Shown in pieces: positions 1 through 13,948 of a DNA stretch of 64,000 bases. Every line of letters begins with the position of its first letter. The first letter of the stretch is position 1. The DNA comes from Fimbriosthenelais zetlandica (Eukaryota): NCBI GenBank assembly GCA_977030845.1, contig OZ365109.1, forward strand, positions 15,934,001-15,998,000, given 5' to 3'. Position numbers and translations under genes: made by a program. The notes beneath the pieces are model-generated. The model had not been told where the DNA came from and made no database searches. It saw only the letters and a list, made by a program, of their open reading frames with translations.

Positions 1-94
1 GGTTTTCAATTATAATTATGAACAGTGCGGACTTAAGTGAACTGTTAAATTTGAACCTCATAGGAAAACTTATTGCAGGACTTTAGATGACACT

Positions 95-465
95 AGTTCC
101 GAGTTTCGCCACTTGATGGCGCCAGTGTTTCATGGACAAATTTAGTTCCGAGTTTGGCCACTGATGGCGCCAGTGTTTCATGGACAAGTTTAGTTTCGAG
201 TTTCGCCATGGGATGGCGCCAGAGTTTCATGGACAAGTTTAGTTTCGAGTTTCGCCACGGGATGGCGACAGTGTCTCACGGACAAATTTAATTCCGAGTT
301 TCGCCACTGATGGCGCCAGTGTCTCATGGACAAATTTAGTTCCCAGTTTCGCCACTGATGCCAGTGTCTCATGACATGGACAAGTTTAGTTCTGAGTTCC
401 GCCACTCTCATGGGCAAACGGCCTTCAGCACTGCATGGTGCCAATGTCTCGTAGACAAATTTCAG
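95..465. repeat. Minisatellite, ~7 copies of a 48-49 bp unit (intron of the PNPLA gene)
   Basis: Unit AGTTCCGAGTTTCGCCACTGATGGCGCCAGTGTTTCATGGACAAATTT starts at 95, 144, 192, 241, 290, 338 and 388, and decays to the right. Confidence 0.9.
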
Positions 466-588
466 CTTCGATTCACCACAGTAATAGGAAACATTTATCG
501 CAATAAATACAAGACGTTGGTCACAACTTTTCCAAACAGGGATGTTACACTGACAGAATTAAAAAAATCTAACAGAGATTGGACTAAC

Positions 589-3500
589 CTGTTTACTAAT
601 GCCTGTAGGGACGGGAGCCCCAGTATCATCCGTAATGACCCGAGCTCTGGAACAAGCCGCTGCGAAATCAGAGGTCAGAGTTTTGTCCTGTTCCAGACCA
701 GCTCCGAGTGACAGGGACCGGGTACTCTTACCTGAATAAATGCAGAAATCCTATTAATACATTACAATATTAGATGAGAGCTTTGTATAATGTTAATTCG
801 GAATTTCCTGATATTTGTTCCACACACAGGTATACATAATTCTCACATATATCACAGGACAAAGCTAGGCAACCATAAAAGGGTTGATGGTAAATAAAAT
901 ATTAATTTAGTGGGAAATAAAATATTAGTGGCATTATATATTGTCATGGAGGTGGCATACAAACTTGCCAAAAATCAAGATTGTGAATGGCTCATAATAA
1001 TTTGGGGACTTAAATTCAAGCGAAAATTTACCAAACTTTTTGTGCCACAGTATTTTATAGTCAGTTTATATGCAATCGACTCGGTATCTATAGACTTCTA
1101 TATAGTACTTGTACATTTAATTGATTTAGGTTAAGCATTTATGATGTAAAAAATTGCAACAATGGACCATTATATATACAACCTGGTTAAGAAATTAAAT
1201 TATTTAGTTAAATACCGCGCCCATTCAAAACATATAAAACTAGAAACTGGATTATTTTTGCTTCATGCTGTCCACTGAGCAACGACTACACCAAACTACC
1301 AGTTAACAAAAAAAGTTGTTTATAGAAACAATGGAGAACATACGCAGTTATATCATATAAGTGTATGTACAACTTTGGGTATAAATATTGCACACTTTGT
1401 ACAAAGCAAAAATTGTTCATGAACCATTCACAACAGGTAGCCTAATCTGTAATCATTTGAAAGTTGAAATAGAACTTGAAATGGGAATCTCCAAGCCTGT
1501 GAACAGATACAAACTTGCATTTTCTTGTGAAGGTTTGAAGACAAGTTCTGCATAGGAAACATTACTCATAATTTCTTGATTACAAGTGGATTACAATATA
1601 AATAAAATCTAGTAACACAGGGCAGAACAAAGGTGAAATAAACAGTCAAGTCAGGTACACTGAATAAACACCCAACCTTTTGGTATATTTTTAACTTTTG
1701 AGAGACTTTCTTATTTCAGGAAGTCGAAATAAAATCCAAATTTTAACGAGCCGGGAATACGTGGTGAACTGAAAGATCGGTATTCAAATTATACCTCAAA
1801 ATAATATACCGGTACTTGAGTGAGTGAACGAAGTTGTTTTAACGTCCATCAATTATTCAGTTATTTCCGGACGAAAAGATCTTGATATTCCAACTGAAGA
1901 ATTAGGAAAAACCGCTTGCCAGAGACAGTGGAACACATGTCTGGGCTTTGATATCCCAGTTAGCAGCAAGGACAATTTATGGCAAAATCAATATATTTTA
2001 AAATGTTTCTTAATTCTTAAAATTCTTAATTCTTAAAATACTTAAAACCCATCTGCTCTTTCTATGAGGTTCTCCGGGGCAAGAATTAGTTCAGAGAAGG
2101 TACCACAATCTGGCGGAGATGATTAGACTAGTCATTACAGGCGGCTTCACGTTATTATATTATTAGGATTTAAAAACCACTGAATGATTTAGGATTAAGC
2201 TCCACCTCGAGTAGAATTATACCGTGTTTACCAGGATGGTGTTCAGACACAGACGAACGACGAGACAATGACAAGGAGCCGCGACGACCCTCCTTAACAT
2301 GGACACCTAGATACAGGTTTTTTATTAATTTAAAACTAAGTATTAAATATGTATCCATACTGTATATATGTATCCTAAACCAATCAAAATTGATTTAAAA
2401 TAATGAACATAAATTACCAACACCATGAAACACCCAATCAAAACTAATGAAACCATTATGACCATGTCTAAGATTTGAGAATAAATAAAAAGGTAAATTT
2501 ATGATGGAAAGAGTGAATGTAAAATATAGACTGCTGATGGCATGCAAGAGTAACATTGCTATGGAAAGTGAATTTCAGCCACTTTTTTCAAAACAACTAA
2601 ACGAAATCCATGCAGTCTAGTAATTTAAATCAGTTAGAATAGTATAGTCTAAGATGACGATGCTTACGATAGGGAAATACTGAAGCTGATTGGGGATAGA
2701 AATTTGAGCAAGAGGGAAAGCAGTATTAAGAATCGCTTTAGCATAGAAAATATTGGCAACCGATTTCAAATTAAAATGAAATTGATTATGACAGACCTGA
2801 AGTAAAATTTTGAAAAGCAATCGGAGAATACACCTCTTGTAGATGGTATTTAATGAAATGTACATTAGGGGGAAAAATTAATGAATTTCTTCATCAGATA
2901 AATGGTAAACTCACCAGTGTCGTCGTCATAGTTGATGATTCGGTAAATGCGTTCGTTTTCCGCAGCTAGGACAGAGGGCCGGCTGTCCCGAGCGATCTTC
3001 TGAGGACTGCCTTTAGGCGAGATTTGCAGAGTGTGGATAGAGTATGAAGGGTCACTTAAATTCTCCTGAAAGGCAAAATTATTTGATAGAAAATCTTCTT
3101 AATTATGTATCTCAATAGCATGTCATTATCTGAAAATCATCTCGATAACATGGACCCAGGGTTCCCAGCAGTTCATGAAAACATAATTCCCTGCGTTTTC
3201 TCGGATTTTCGATAGCATCTTATTTATCTCAAAATTATCTCAAAAATATCATTAAATCTCAATTATACAATATCACCTGAAAACCATCTCAATATCCCAT
3301 CAACTGACGGTTTCAACATCTCAGAATCATCTCAATATTACAATTGATGATATCAATATCACAAAAACATCTCAATATCATAATTATACACAATGAGAGA
3401 TAGGAGATAATAGGGTAGGAAGCATAATACTTACAGGATTCATCAGTTCATAGCTGAGGCCCAGGTAGTTATGTAGGGCCATGAAGGTAACTCGCTGTAA

Positions 3501-6500
3501 GCGCACCATGATCACCTACACAAAAGTATTATTTACACATAAATTATATACCAGAAACCAAAAACAATGTAATCCAATACCAACTACTCCAGGACACATT
3601 TCATATAAGTTCTTACCAATGAAAGAATCCCACCATTAAGAATAATGTCATAACTCAATTATGCACATTATTTATGGGATGAACCAAATTATTTTGTCAC
3701 TCAAAAAGCAGAATTCTTATGGTGCGGATACACCAAAGCGGTTTTTTTTTGTCACCCTGCGACTTTCTCATAAAAAGCCTAGATGGAAAGTTCATAAATA
3801 GTACATAAAATATCCATAAAAAACTCTTGACATAATACTAGCCGGTAAGCTGTGTCCCTTCTACATGGTGGAGACACTTTATAGACCTTTTTTTATTAAA
3901 ATGTTTATGGGCGTTTTATGAAAAATCGAGATACGACCAAAAAACGCTTTGGTGTGTTCACATCATTAGACTGATTTCAGAAAATACAGAAACAGACAAC
4001 CCACCTGAACCACTCGAACAAGTGACTCAGGGAACCTTTCGAGCACGACCTGGAACGCTTGGGCCGGGAGACGTAGGATAGTGGTGTCTACTACTGCAAT
4101 GGCTTCTACAGTTTTATAAGGCGCTGGATGACCCTGTACAAAATCAATTATTATTAGAAGATCAGGATGAATGTAGATCCAATGGAACAAGACAAGACAA
4201 CTTTGTATCATCAAATGCCAGGATCATGCAAAGCAAACGACAGGCAGTTGAGTGCGGATGATTGGCCTGAATGCTCGTTATTTTTCAAGAAAAATATCTC
4301 AAATGTTGTATGCACTGTGGAAAAACATGTGATGATATCATGCCATCTTAAAGGAAAAATGAACAAAAGAATCGGGATGTTTCTTTTGTGTCGGCAAATA
4401 AAGGTGTTGGTCGGGGGTGGGGGCTTTAAGAAAAGTATATGACACTATGGAATTCAATGTGATAAGCACTATGAGACTGGAATACTAGTCTATGGGATAT
4501 AAATACAATGATGTTTACAAATGCAATAATATATCATGATATTTTAACATATTATAACACCCTCAGATACTAATTATGTTTATTTATGATCTATTTATTG
4601 ATATATATGATATCATGTCAATAATATCTCACTACCGTGGCATATTAACCAACTATTTAACTAATAGATGTGTACAACAAAATGCACTAAAATACAAGAT
4701 CAATATTCCAATATATACCAATACAAAGTAGAATTCACTTTTCAATGGCTAGGCAGGGGGTACTGAATATTGTTTGGATATATCCATTCACACAGGCCAA
4801 TAGACTTGAGCATGCTAAAAGATTTCTTTCTACCCCATCACTTCGAAGAGAGACATAGATTTAGACAAACTGACTGTCTGGCTCGAAGAGTCCATCCACC
4901 ACATGGTTACTTGGTTTCTACGCACAATGCTAATTAATACTCTATTGACATGCGTTTGTACATGTATGTATTACTATTAAACCATCCCATCGCCTTTCCA
5001 CCAATAACTACCAATATTTTATATTAACCTAATAGGTTGCTAATACGAAGCAAAGGACTCTCATGGGACCTACAGCATGTATGGCCCTCTACTCAGAGAC
5101 CTGGGTAATTTATTATTGAAATTAGTACCCGGTAGATATATTTGGTAGGTTTCAAATCTCTGTTTCATGCAGATAAAAATGATTCAATTGCCGGACCACG
5201 AAACAATGGATGTAAGTTTATATAAGAGCATCTTCGTTCTGGTATACTGTAGTCGGAAAATGTACACCGAAAATTATTTATGAAATAAACTAGCTGCAGT
5301 GGCCAATACTCTTGCATCAATTTTTTTTAGAATAAGAATTAGGACTCTTAAATTTTATAGAAGATCTATGACAATTATTTGGTGATATGCAGGAAGATAT
5401 GTATTTTGACACAATTTTGTTCTCAAGACAATGTGGAAATGAACATTCACAAAATTGAATGTGAATAGAGGGATCGACCGTGGCTATAATGTATATAATC
5501 AGGGAGACATAAATTGAGCAATGCGCCCTGAAAGCTGAAGCACTTGAGAGGAGAGGACGAAGTGAAAAGAGAATAAAAGGTCAGAATGAAAGGGAAACTA
5601 ACCTTATCCGGAGTGACACTTTGCTAAAAATCCAGAAAATATAGTAACATAAAAGTAGGCTGCAGAGCGACTGATATTCTTGGTCTAGCACAACTGCATG
5701 GGGAGCGCAGCAAGTGAAGCAAATGATAGGGTATGTGAGAAAGTATACCCTGTTGTTTTGTCTGTCATCAGATGGAGCTGCTGTCTACCCATTTATACAC
5801 TAGTAGTGTATGTCCATGTATACATGTACATGTATGTATATGAAGAGTGTAAACCAATAATAATGATTATATAGAAGATAATGACTGGAATACTTACAGT
5901 TAGAAGATCTAGCACTGAGAGGAGACTGTGTATAGTTTCCCCCTGCTGCACCTGCTTCATAACGTGAGGGGTGCCATCCTGTACAAAAAAAGGTCCAAAG
6001 TTTACATAAAATTCCATAATTTCAAAACAATTCTTTATTTTGTTTAAAACAATATCTAAAATAATATCTATGCCTGGTTCTATCTATGTTATGTCTCATA
6101 ATTATATCTAACTAATTTTTTTTTATATGAAGTATATTTACGAAGTCAATGCTAACCAATGAGATTAATATTTTGGAATATATTACACAGGTGCCCTATT
6201 CGGACTTCGATCATTCATTTTTTTTTCACCGATCAATAAGATCTTGAGATAAATGAGTTCATTTTGAACTCTGAACTACATCAAGCGGTGCAGTCTTGTT
6301 ACAGAATTTATAAAAAAAATAAAAAATATCAAACTGATGAATTTTGAATAAAATCAAAAATAAAATGAGATACTTACAACATCTGCAATGTAAACATCAA
6401 CCTTCCCACTCTGGACGACGTAGATACTGTCATCTCGGTCGCCGATCCGAAACACGTGGTTACCGGCCGGGACGAAGCGGGACTCCATGTACTTGCACAA

Positions 6501-9500
6501 CTCCAAAAATATGGGTTTTTCAAAATGCCCGAGAACTCTGAAAGTATCATGAGATGCATATAAACATCCATCCTCTAGAATATTTAATACATGTGCAAAT
6601 ACAAAAATGATTGGCCAATGATACTATACATTCACATTCTGTTTCATTGAACCCGAGACCTCCAGCATTTTGTAGCTGATGATGATCCTTTTTTTTTAAA
6701 CTTTTTTTTATTGTTTCGCCGACGTCAAAATTGCCAAGCGTAGAATTTTATTTATTTTTCGCCATATTCGCGTGCCTGCCGATCCTAGATACAGTCAAAA
6801 CGAACAAGTTGTTACTCTGGCTTCCGATCTCAGACGTTTATAGTATTTTTAACAAAGCTTATCTTTAGAATTTTTTTACTACCGACCCTAATTTTTGAAA
6901 GATGACTATTGTGATTCAGAAGAAAAAAAATAATTGATTTTTAATCAGCCTCCTCAAAAAGTTTAGACCTGTTTTGTGCGCGAACCAAGCAATATTAAAA
7001 AAACCTCGTGTAAATTAAAGAGTTTTATATCTCACCTCACACTACGAAGCATGTACATAACTTCCGGGGGAAGTCTTTGTTCCATGTGTTCTAGCTCCTG
7101 GAGATCCACCTCCAGGAAGGATGGTGGAGGCTCACGGCGCTTCAGTAGTGGTGTCTGGTCCTTCTTAAATCTTAACAATCTGAAAGAATAGACAACGGTA
7201 TATTATATTAATATTTTAGTCACCTCTGGTGGTATTTACGGTGATTATAGCTAGTAAAAGTTGTCAATTATAGAGAACTATAATTACCTCCATGTGGTGG
7301 TGGGACATTGTTATGTAAGTCAGTGACTAAAATAGATAGAACCCCCACTTGTAGGGCCTTGCTTTTGGTCTGTGGTCTTAGTCTATGATTATCAGACACA
7401 TAGAAAGGCTCGGACTTATCCACTAAAATATGCTAAATGGATAAAGACTAAAGTCATGGATAAGTTAGAAAATAGTTTCCATTATCAACTTTTAATTCCT
7501 ACACCTTTTTGATAAGATAAAATATCAATATTATTATATTTCTGAACAAGCAGTTATGACTTTTTGAATGGATCTAAATACAAATATACTGAAATATTGA
7601 CATGAATAAATGTTCAACTCACTTTTTCGCTATTTTCATGACAAACTGCTTTCTTTTGCTGGACCGTGAGCGGCTGCTGCCGCTAGTGCTAACATCTCTA
7701 ATGGTGTTCCTAGTGAATGATTTAACCTGAAATCAAGGAAAAGATTCTTACAGAATTATCTTGACAGTTTTCATTAGGTTCCCTTTCAAACAGAGATACA
7801 ATTTCGCATTATTATAAAACTCTTAAATTACACTTTCTATTTCTTGAAAAAATACATCCAATAAACATTATATTCAGGCCTAGAACCTGATTATATTATT
7901 CACTTGTCCAAGATGCATGTACATGTATATATCTTCATAAGAAATATGGCAAACAACACGTGTTAGTTATTTCGGACACTGAACACTTGAATATGTACAG
8001 TTTAGAGGATACAAATCAGTTAGATTTTCAGTTAGATCTTTAGCTTCAAGCAGTTTTAATTTGAATATTTGTAAATCAGCTTTTCTCTCTCCCCATTAAA
8101 TTTGATCAAATACTGGTTCCGTCATTCATAAATCCAAAAATAGAGCCCAGTTGAATAAATTAATGGATGTCCTTGGGATGGCAAATCAATTCTATATAAT
8201 TATACATTTCGAAAGGGAACACTTAGAAAGTACCCGTTGAGTGACTCTTCTATTAAATGTGTCAGATTAAAAATGAATTATATTAAAGATTGTCTCTCAT
8301 GAAACAGTCATCTTGACTTCCAAAGAGGAAAATTCAGTGAAGTGAGCAGACAGTATTTCTATGTGAGACACACAAAATTCGATCAGGTTATACTTTACTT
8401 TCAAACTAATCACCTTCCAATGGCTCACTTACATTAAGCTCAACTGAAGACAACTGCGAGAAAAATACATGAGAACAATAAACTTAAGTAATAGATCTAC
8501 ACCGGTAATATAAAGGATGCCTTGGTAATATAAAAGCTATACATCTATGTGAAACTCATATAGTTTATACGTCTAACTGTCTTCTACATGCTGCATATTT
8601 ACGCCTACCTGAATGTTTCCTTCTGAATCCTACACTAGGCCACAGCTAAAATGTGACAGATTGAAGAAAAAGACATGCAGAAGCAATAACTGAAATTAGG
8701 ACAGTGTAGGCAATGCAGTTTTTCTACTCACCTTTCTCAGCATTTTCCGACCGTAAAACATAACTTTGTCTCGTTTCCTGAATCTTGGTTTTATGGGGCC
8801 CGTAATCGTACTGAGAACGGGCACTGAAAGGAAAATCCAAAAATAAGAAAAAAAGAAAACAGTGTATGTTACAATACAAAGAAAAAATTGTTCTTTATTT
8901 TTGTTTTTAGCATAGGTCTAGGAAAAAATCTATGTCTATTTTCTTAGTAAACAAATATGTTCACATGTAGTACTCTAGTATTAGATATCTATAAAAAAAT
9001 TTTAGTTAGAATTTTTAGAGAGCCTGATATGGGTGAATACCAGCTCACACTCTACATTACTCAAGGTTCTCGTATGATTTTCAACTGGGGGCTCTTTCTA
9101 TGTGCATTACTGCATTGCCTTCTGTGCAATGGATATTTCTAGGTGTATGTTCTCTAGAACTTATAAATGTGCAACGCACCAAATTTTATGTCAAGGATAA
9201 GTAACGTACCTGTCACTTTCATCTTCATTCTCAAGACATAGTAGAGTATTAAAAGTAATGTAATTATTCCAATAGCAAGACTAATGACGATGTTCTGAAA
9301 AAGAAAACAAATAATTATATATGGTCATTTCCTTTGATTTTGAAATGTGTATTGACATACGGTACCAATCAGTCTTTAGGCAATCAAAGGACAGGATGTT
9401 AGATAATACTGGCAGTTACCAGGCTAAGCCTTAACTGATCGATTAAACACATGTTTGTATCAGAATTTGAAAATGAAAACCACCTGGTGTCTGTCCAAAA

Positions 9501-10862
9501 GGCACTTTAAGGGGTTCAATGGATTTTTGTGTCATAACCATCATCTAAGGTTAAAGCCTACATGGTCATTGACATTTTATCCTAATATCAGTTACTCTAC
9601 TATTCTTGCTAATATTCCCTAGACTAGTCATCAGAAGAACATGCTTTGAAGTCTTGTAATGTCATAGCTGTTGATGTATTTCTCATGACCGAGATAAGTA
9701 GCCTACACTGACCAGATCTATTAGTTTTCAAATTTCACATCATGAACTTTGTTGTAAACATATTATTGCACACTGACCAAATGTTGGAAATGAAATAGGT
9801 TATTGTCAAATATTAGAACTCGTAAGTCTATATATAATTATGTAGCGTTGTATTTGATTCATTTACAACTTTACTAGTTAGGTTATGATATATATGCGTC
9901 ACGATATATAACTGAAAGTTTGTTGAAAGTGACGTTAAATATTTTCTTGAACGTTTATTCTTTGTTAAACAGCTTGAATGTAAAAAAAAAAAAAAAAAAA
10001 AAAAGATCAGAGAGGATCAACTGCAAATTATATTTACACATGTGTAAAGAAATTTCACACATGAATGAATGTACCCGGGTCCCCTACCTTCAAAAATACT
10101 ATTACTAGTCTACCCTGTGTTATAGTCAATAACAAATCTTGAAATCTTGAAACTCGTAGCCGTAGGTATTTTCTAGATACCAGTAGATCTCGGCCGAAAT
10201 TTACTAGATTCCTTAGGCTTAGCCCGGCCTTACTGGCCTTAGTCTTACCCTATTAATTATTTTTTTAACTCCAGCTGTAACGTTATTTATGGAAGGTCTC
10301 ATGACCCTGGAGGGGAACCCATGGTCATGTGATGGTAAAATATTCCACCCTCCACTCCAACTCCAGACTACCAGAGGAGGGACCAGGGTTTCGTTCAATA
10401 ATTAGGCAATCTATACAAATCATCAAAATGACAAATAGATCTACATTTTATTTAGATCTACTCTAGATTGAATTTACTATTATTAGACATGAGAAAGTGA
10501 TTAGCAAGTATAACAGATCATACTTTGTTATACCATAGAGTTCTTGGCTGTTCAAGATCTTCTCTAGATCTATTTACTAACAAGAAAATAATTACACGTT
10601 GCAATGAACCCAAAAGTAAAATAACCTCATTGATATTGACACGGAGTAGCAGGACTGTGTCACCTGACCAGAGTCAGACAGTCAGGACCAAGACTGCCTG
10701 ACAGCTCGGCAAATATGGCTTTTTTCGCAATGTTTTTCTTCCCAACTTGTAAAACACATATTAAAGGATGCTCTAAAGACTCACCACTGTAAATTCATAG
10801 TCGGAAAGAGGTTCTGGCAGGCGTTCTTTGAGGTTTTGGAGAGATTCTTGAACGCCCGCCAT
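589..10862 (-). CDS. PNPLA7: Neuropathy target esterase / swiss cheese (PNPLA6/7 family), 5' portion; gene continues beyond the left edge
   Basis: Hand-spliced GT-AG exons with consistent phases: 10862-10785, 9294-9210 (TM), 8823-8732 ([19 protein letters not shown]), 7726-7623, 7179-7036 ([22 protein letters not shown]), 6537-6378 ([15 protein letters not shown], cNMP-binding domain), 5978-5898, 4133-4005 ([10 protein letters not shown]), 3515-3435 ([20 protein letters not shown]), 3065-2915, 2306-2232, ~731-589. These motifs match the recalled NTE/PNPLA6/7 sequence closely. The last two exons are less certain. An invertebrate gene is co-orthologous to PNPLA6 and PNPLA7. Confidence 0.95.
3105..3380. 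repeat. Cluster of ~9 ATCTC(A/G)A motifs (degenerate tandem repeat)
   Basis: ATCTCAA-like words recur about every 10-80 bp in this intron. Confidence 0.5.
3720..3964. mobile_element. MITE-like element with ~50-bp imperfect terminal inverted repeats
   Basis: Left ggtgcggatacaccaaagcggtttttt..cgactttctcataaaa versus right ttttatgaaaaatcgag..aaaaaacgctttggtgtgttcacatc (reverse complements). Confidence 0.7.
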
Positions 10863-11221
10863 CTTGTAAACTTTGGCAACGCGAAGTAGACAAACATGAA
10901 TCCGTTCACAAAGTTGTTTGTAAGGTCAGTACGATGCTGCCACCTTTGCTGGTGACGAAATGTTGAACTAAAGCTATAGCTTTGAAGAACTTTTAGTACA
11001 GATCTAGTATAACGTTATACTTGGGTAAATTGTTTTAACTCTACGTTTTATATTTTATTTTTGTTATCGATGATCTTCTTTTCAACTTTTATCATACTGT
11101 AATGACGCTATTTTTGCATTGAGGCTATAAAGGGAACATTTGTAAGGAGTGATCTCAGTGGTCCATTTCAGCCAATCAGAAACGTGTTTCTATTCCTTCA
11201 GTGACAGCACAAAGCTACATC
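10863..11221. promoter_or_regulatory. Bidirectional promoter shared by PNPLA6/7-like and PFDN6
   Basis: Divergent start codons are only ~360 bp apart. A CCAAT box (agccaatcag) lies at ~11170, and a YY1-like AAGATGGCGG motif overlaps the minus-strand ATG at 10862. Confidence 0.7.
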
Positions 11222-12872
11222 ATGGCTGAGGGACTTCAAAAACGACTCCAAAATGAAGTGGACAAGTATAAGGCAATTCAAAAAGGTAAATTAACATATA
11301 TTATTCAATGCTCCTTAACGTGGTTCAAGTATTAATGGCGCAAATTTCAAGGGACGCGTGTACAGTGTATTTGTTTAATGAAATACCCCTTTTATCGCTC
11401 ACTAGTGTGACGGGCCGTGGCATGTATTTTGACATTTTTGTTGGCCTACTTTTTAACTTGTTTATCTTTATTCAAAAACTGGCAAGTCTGTAACCAACAA
11501 GAAAGGTGATAAGAATAACTGTATGAAAACTACTGTAAAAACAACTAGATCTAGATAGAAAATATAGAACCAGTCAGTCGGTTTTATAGCCCAGGCGCTA
11601 TAACTAATCTAAATCTAATGTCATTTGACTTGTCATTCCCATTTGAAAAAAATGACAGGCCATAATATTGGTAATCACACCCTGCTCTGGCATCGCTCTG
11701 TCATTAAATATGCCTTAAGCCTTTGTAATAATATTGTATTAAGTAAGCCTAATCATGCCTGAACATGAATGATAATAGTTTGTTACCAAAGTTATTTTAA
11801 TTAATTTTTGTAATAATATATTAGGCTCTATCATTATGGATAAAACGTTCTAATCAAACCTACGATTGTCCTTAGATTACCAAAAACATATCTCTGCGAG
11901 GCAGCAACTAGAGGGGCAGCTCAACGAAAATCTCATGGTCAAAGATGTAAGTACCCGGTACTGTTAGACCTAATAAGAAAGAAAGATTATCAAGAGCTAA
12001 ATGATGACGAATTACTTGTTCGACTAGATGTATTTGCAGTGCCAAAGTATTTTTAATTTATCTATTACTTGTGGGTGTATGTGTATTGATGATTTATATG
12101 GAAATCTTATCAGAATTTTAATTCTTATATCTTTTTTCAGGAACTTGACAGATTAGAAGCTGAGGCTACTGTGTATAAAATGATGGGTCCAGTTTTAGTG
12201 AAGCAAGACAATGAAGAGGCCAAGCAAACTGTCCAGAAGCGTATTGATTATATTAATGCTGAAATGTAAGGAGCCATTTTTCTAATAACTTTATTTCAAT
12301 GGATGCCAAACAAGTTATGGAGATTGATCAATAAGAATATTTACTTATTTAAAGGGATGCCAAACACTTGATATACAGTCATTTTCCTATGTAGTTCTGA
12401 CCTTAGATTGTTGATTTCACTGCAAGTGGTGGCTGGCTGATGTCTCAGTAGAGAGAAATCAATTTCTAAACATGATAAGTCGCCCCAGAGAAAGACATTT
12501 AGTCTCAACTAGTTGACCTAATCAAACTTTATACCAAATGTTTCGCCAATGGCGTCCGTTAAACAAAAATATCTTTGATGCCCCTGGATGGAATATAAAT
12601 CATGCCCCATCAGAAATTATTATATCAAATTGAAATATAGTTGAAGAACGTCGAGCAAAGTTTGATGGTGCGTTTGTAGGAAACGCAGTTAAACTAGATT
12701 CAAATTTACATCTATTTTAACTTTTTTAATCAATCAATTTTCTTACTTCAGAAAAAGGCATGAGGGAGTAATCAAGGACCTAGACTCGAAGCAGGATGCT
12801 CATAGAGAAACTCTGGCCAAGCTGCAACATCAGTTGCAACAAGCACAGGTGAAAGCGGCCGCCCGAGCGTGA
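11222..12872 (+). CDS. PFDN6: Prefoldin subunit 6 (126 aa, 4 exons)
   Basis: Exons 11222-11285, 11876-11946, 12141-12265 and 12752-12872 splice in frame to MAEGLQKRLQNEVDKYKAIQKDYQKHISARQQLEGQLNEN..VYKMMGPVLVKQD..TVQKRIDYINAEI..KAAARA*. This is the characteristic prefoldin beta/PFDN6 sequence. Confidence 0.96.
12349..12562. mobile_element. TTAA-flanked non-autonomous DNA transposon (family A, copy 1; PFDN6 intron 3)
   Basis: Begins ttaa|agggatgccaaacacttg and ends ccg|ttaa. Shares internal sequence (gctggctgatgtctcagtagagagaaatcaatttctaaacatgataagtcgccc) with the copies at 15.4, 46.7 and 55.0 kb. Confidence 0.75.
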
Positions 12873-13948
12873 CCCCAGAAAGCCTAATCTACGTATTTTG
12901 CTTTAGTTAACCCAAATGTTTTCAAACCACAAACCAATCTCAAAAATGTAAAACGCCAGATTAGGACATCATAAATGAGTGTATTGGAAAAATGATTTGC
13001 TGTCGCCTCAAGGCGGTCAATGCGTTACTGATTATGTTCACAGCATGTCTGATATGTATTTCCTAATAAAATTTCTTTGCTTCATATAATGTGTCTGTGA
13101 CTATGTGCGAATATTGTAAAGATGTCTCCAAGGATAACTCGTAGAGTTTAAATAGAGTATCCTTGATGTCTCCTCGAACGAGACTACCATATAATGCTGC
13201 TCCCGCTCCAAATATAATTTCTAGTTTATATAGGACTAATCCTATCTATTGAAGGCATTGGAGAGGATTAGACCTATATGCAACAGCGTGACGTCATTGC
13301 TCCCAGATCTACAGTGGTTTTCTTGAAATCACTTGCTAAATACTTTATATTTTGTTCCCAAATGTATTCCACAAAAAATAATTCCAGTTAGTTAGAATAT
13401 GAAACAAGCCCCTGGAGTCCCTTCCAACTTCTGCAACTTTGGAAGGGACTTGAATAAATGAACACATGCAAGTCCCTCGTTTTCCCTAAAACTATAAATT
13501 TATTAGGGCAATCTGTCAATAGCCAACAATCTCATACAAAAGCAACATCTTCTATCTATAGTATATAAATAGGCCTACTCCATGTTTTAAAGCAAAATCG
13601 TTAATTTAAATGTATGTTCCCGATATATTGGAAGGATAGGCATATCACCTAAGACATTTTTCATGTAGTTTTCGCAGTTCCAGGTATACCCTATCCTGAA
13701 TAAAATACCATGACTAGACAAATACTGTTCATATGCCGATTCAACTATAGGCCTACGCATATAATAATATAATAGGGCTACTTTTGTAATTATCGGTACC
13801 CCAGGATCCTGTTTCAAAAGTAGTATTAGCCATAGACTTAGCATAGCTATTATTCCGTTTAAAACGGACCCCAGAACCCGTGGAATCAGACATTATGGAA
13901 ATCACCTTTTCAACATATTAACTAAGTAGGCTTTACGTTTGTTTTGTC

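Noticed and set aside
95-465. CRISPR-like regular repeat (also the 47-bp array at 48860-49174)
   Set aside because: Units are contiguous with no unique spacers, lie in introns of eukaryotic genes, and no cas genes are present; these are minisatellites.
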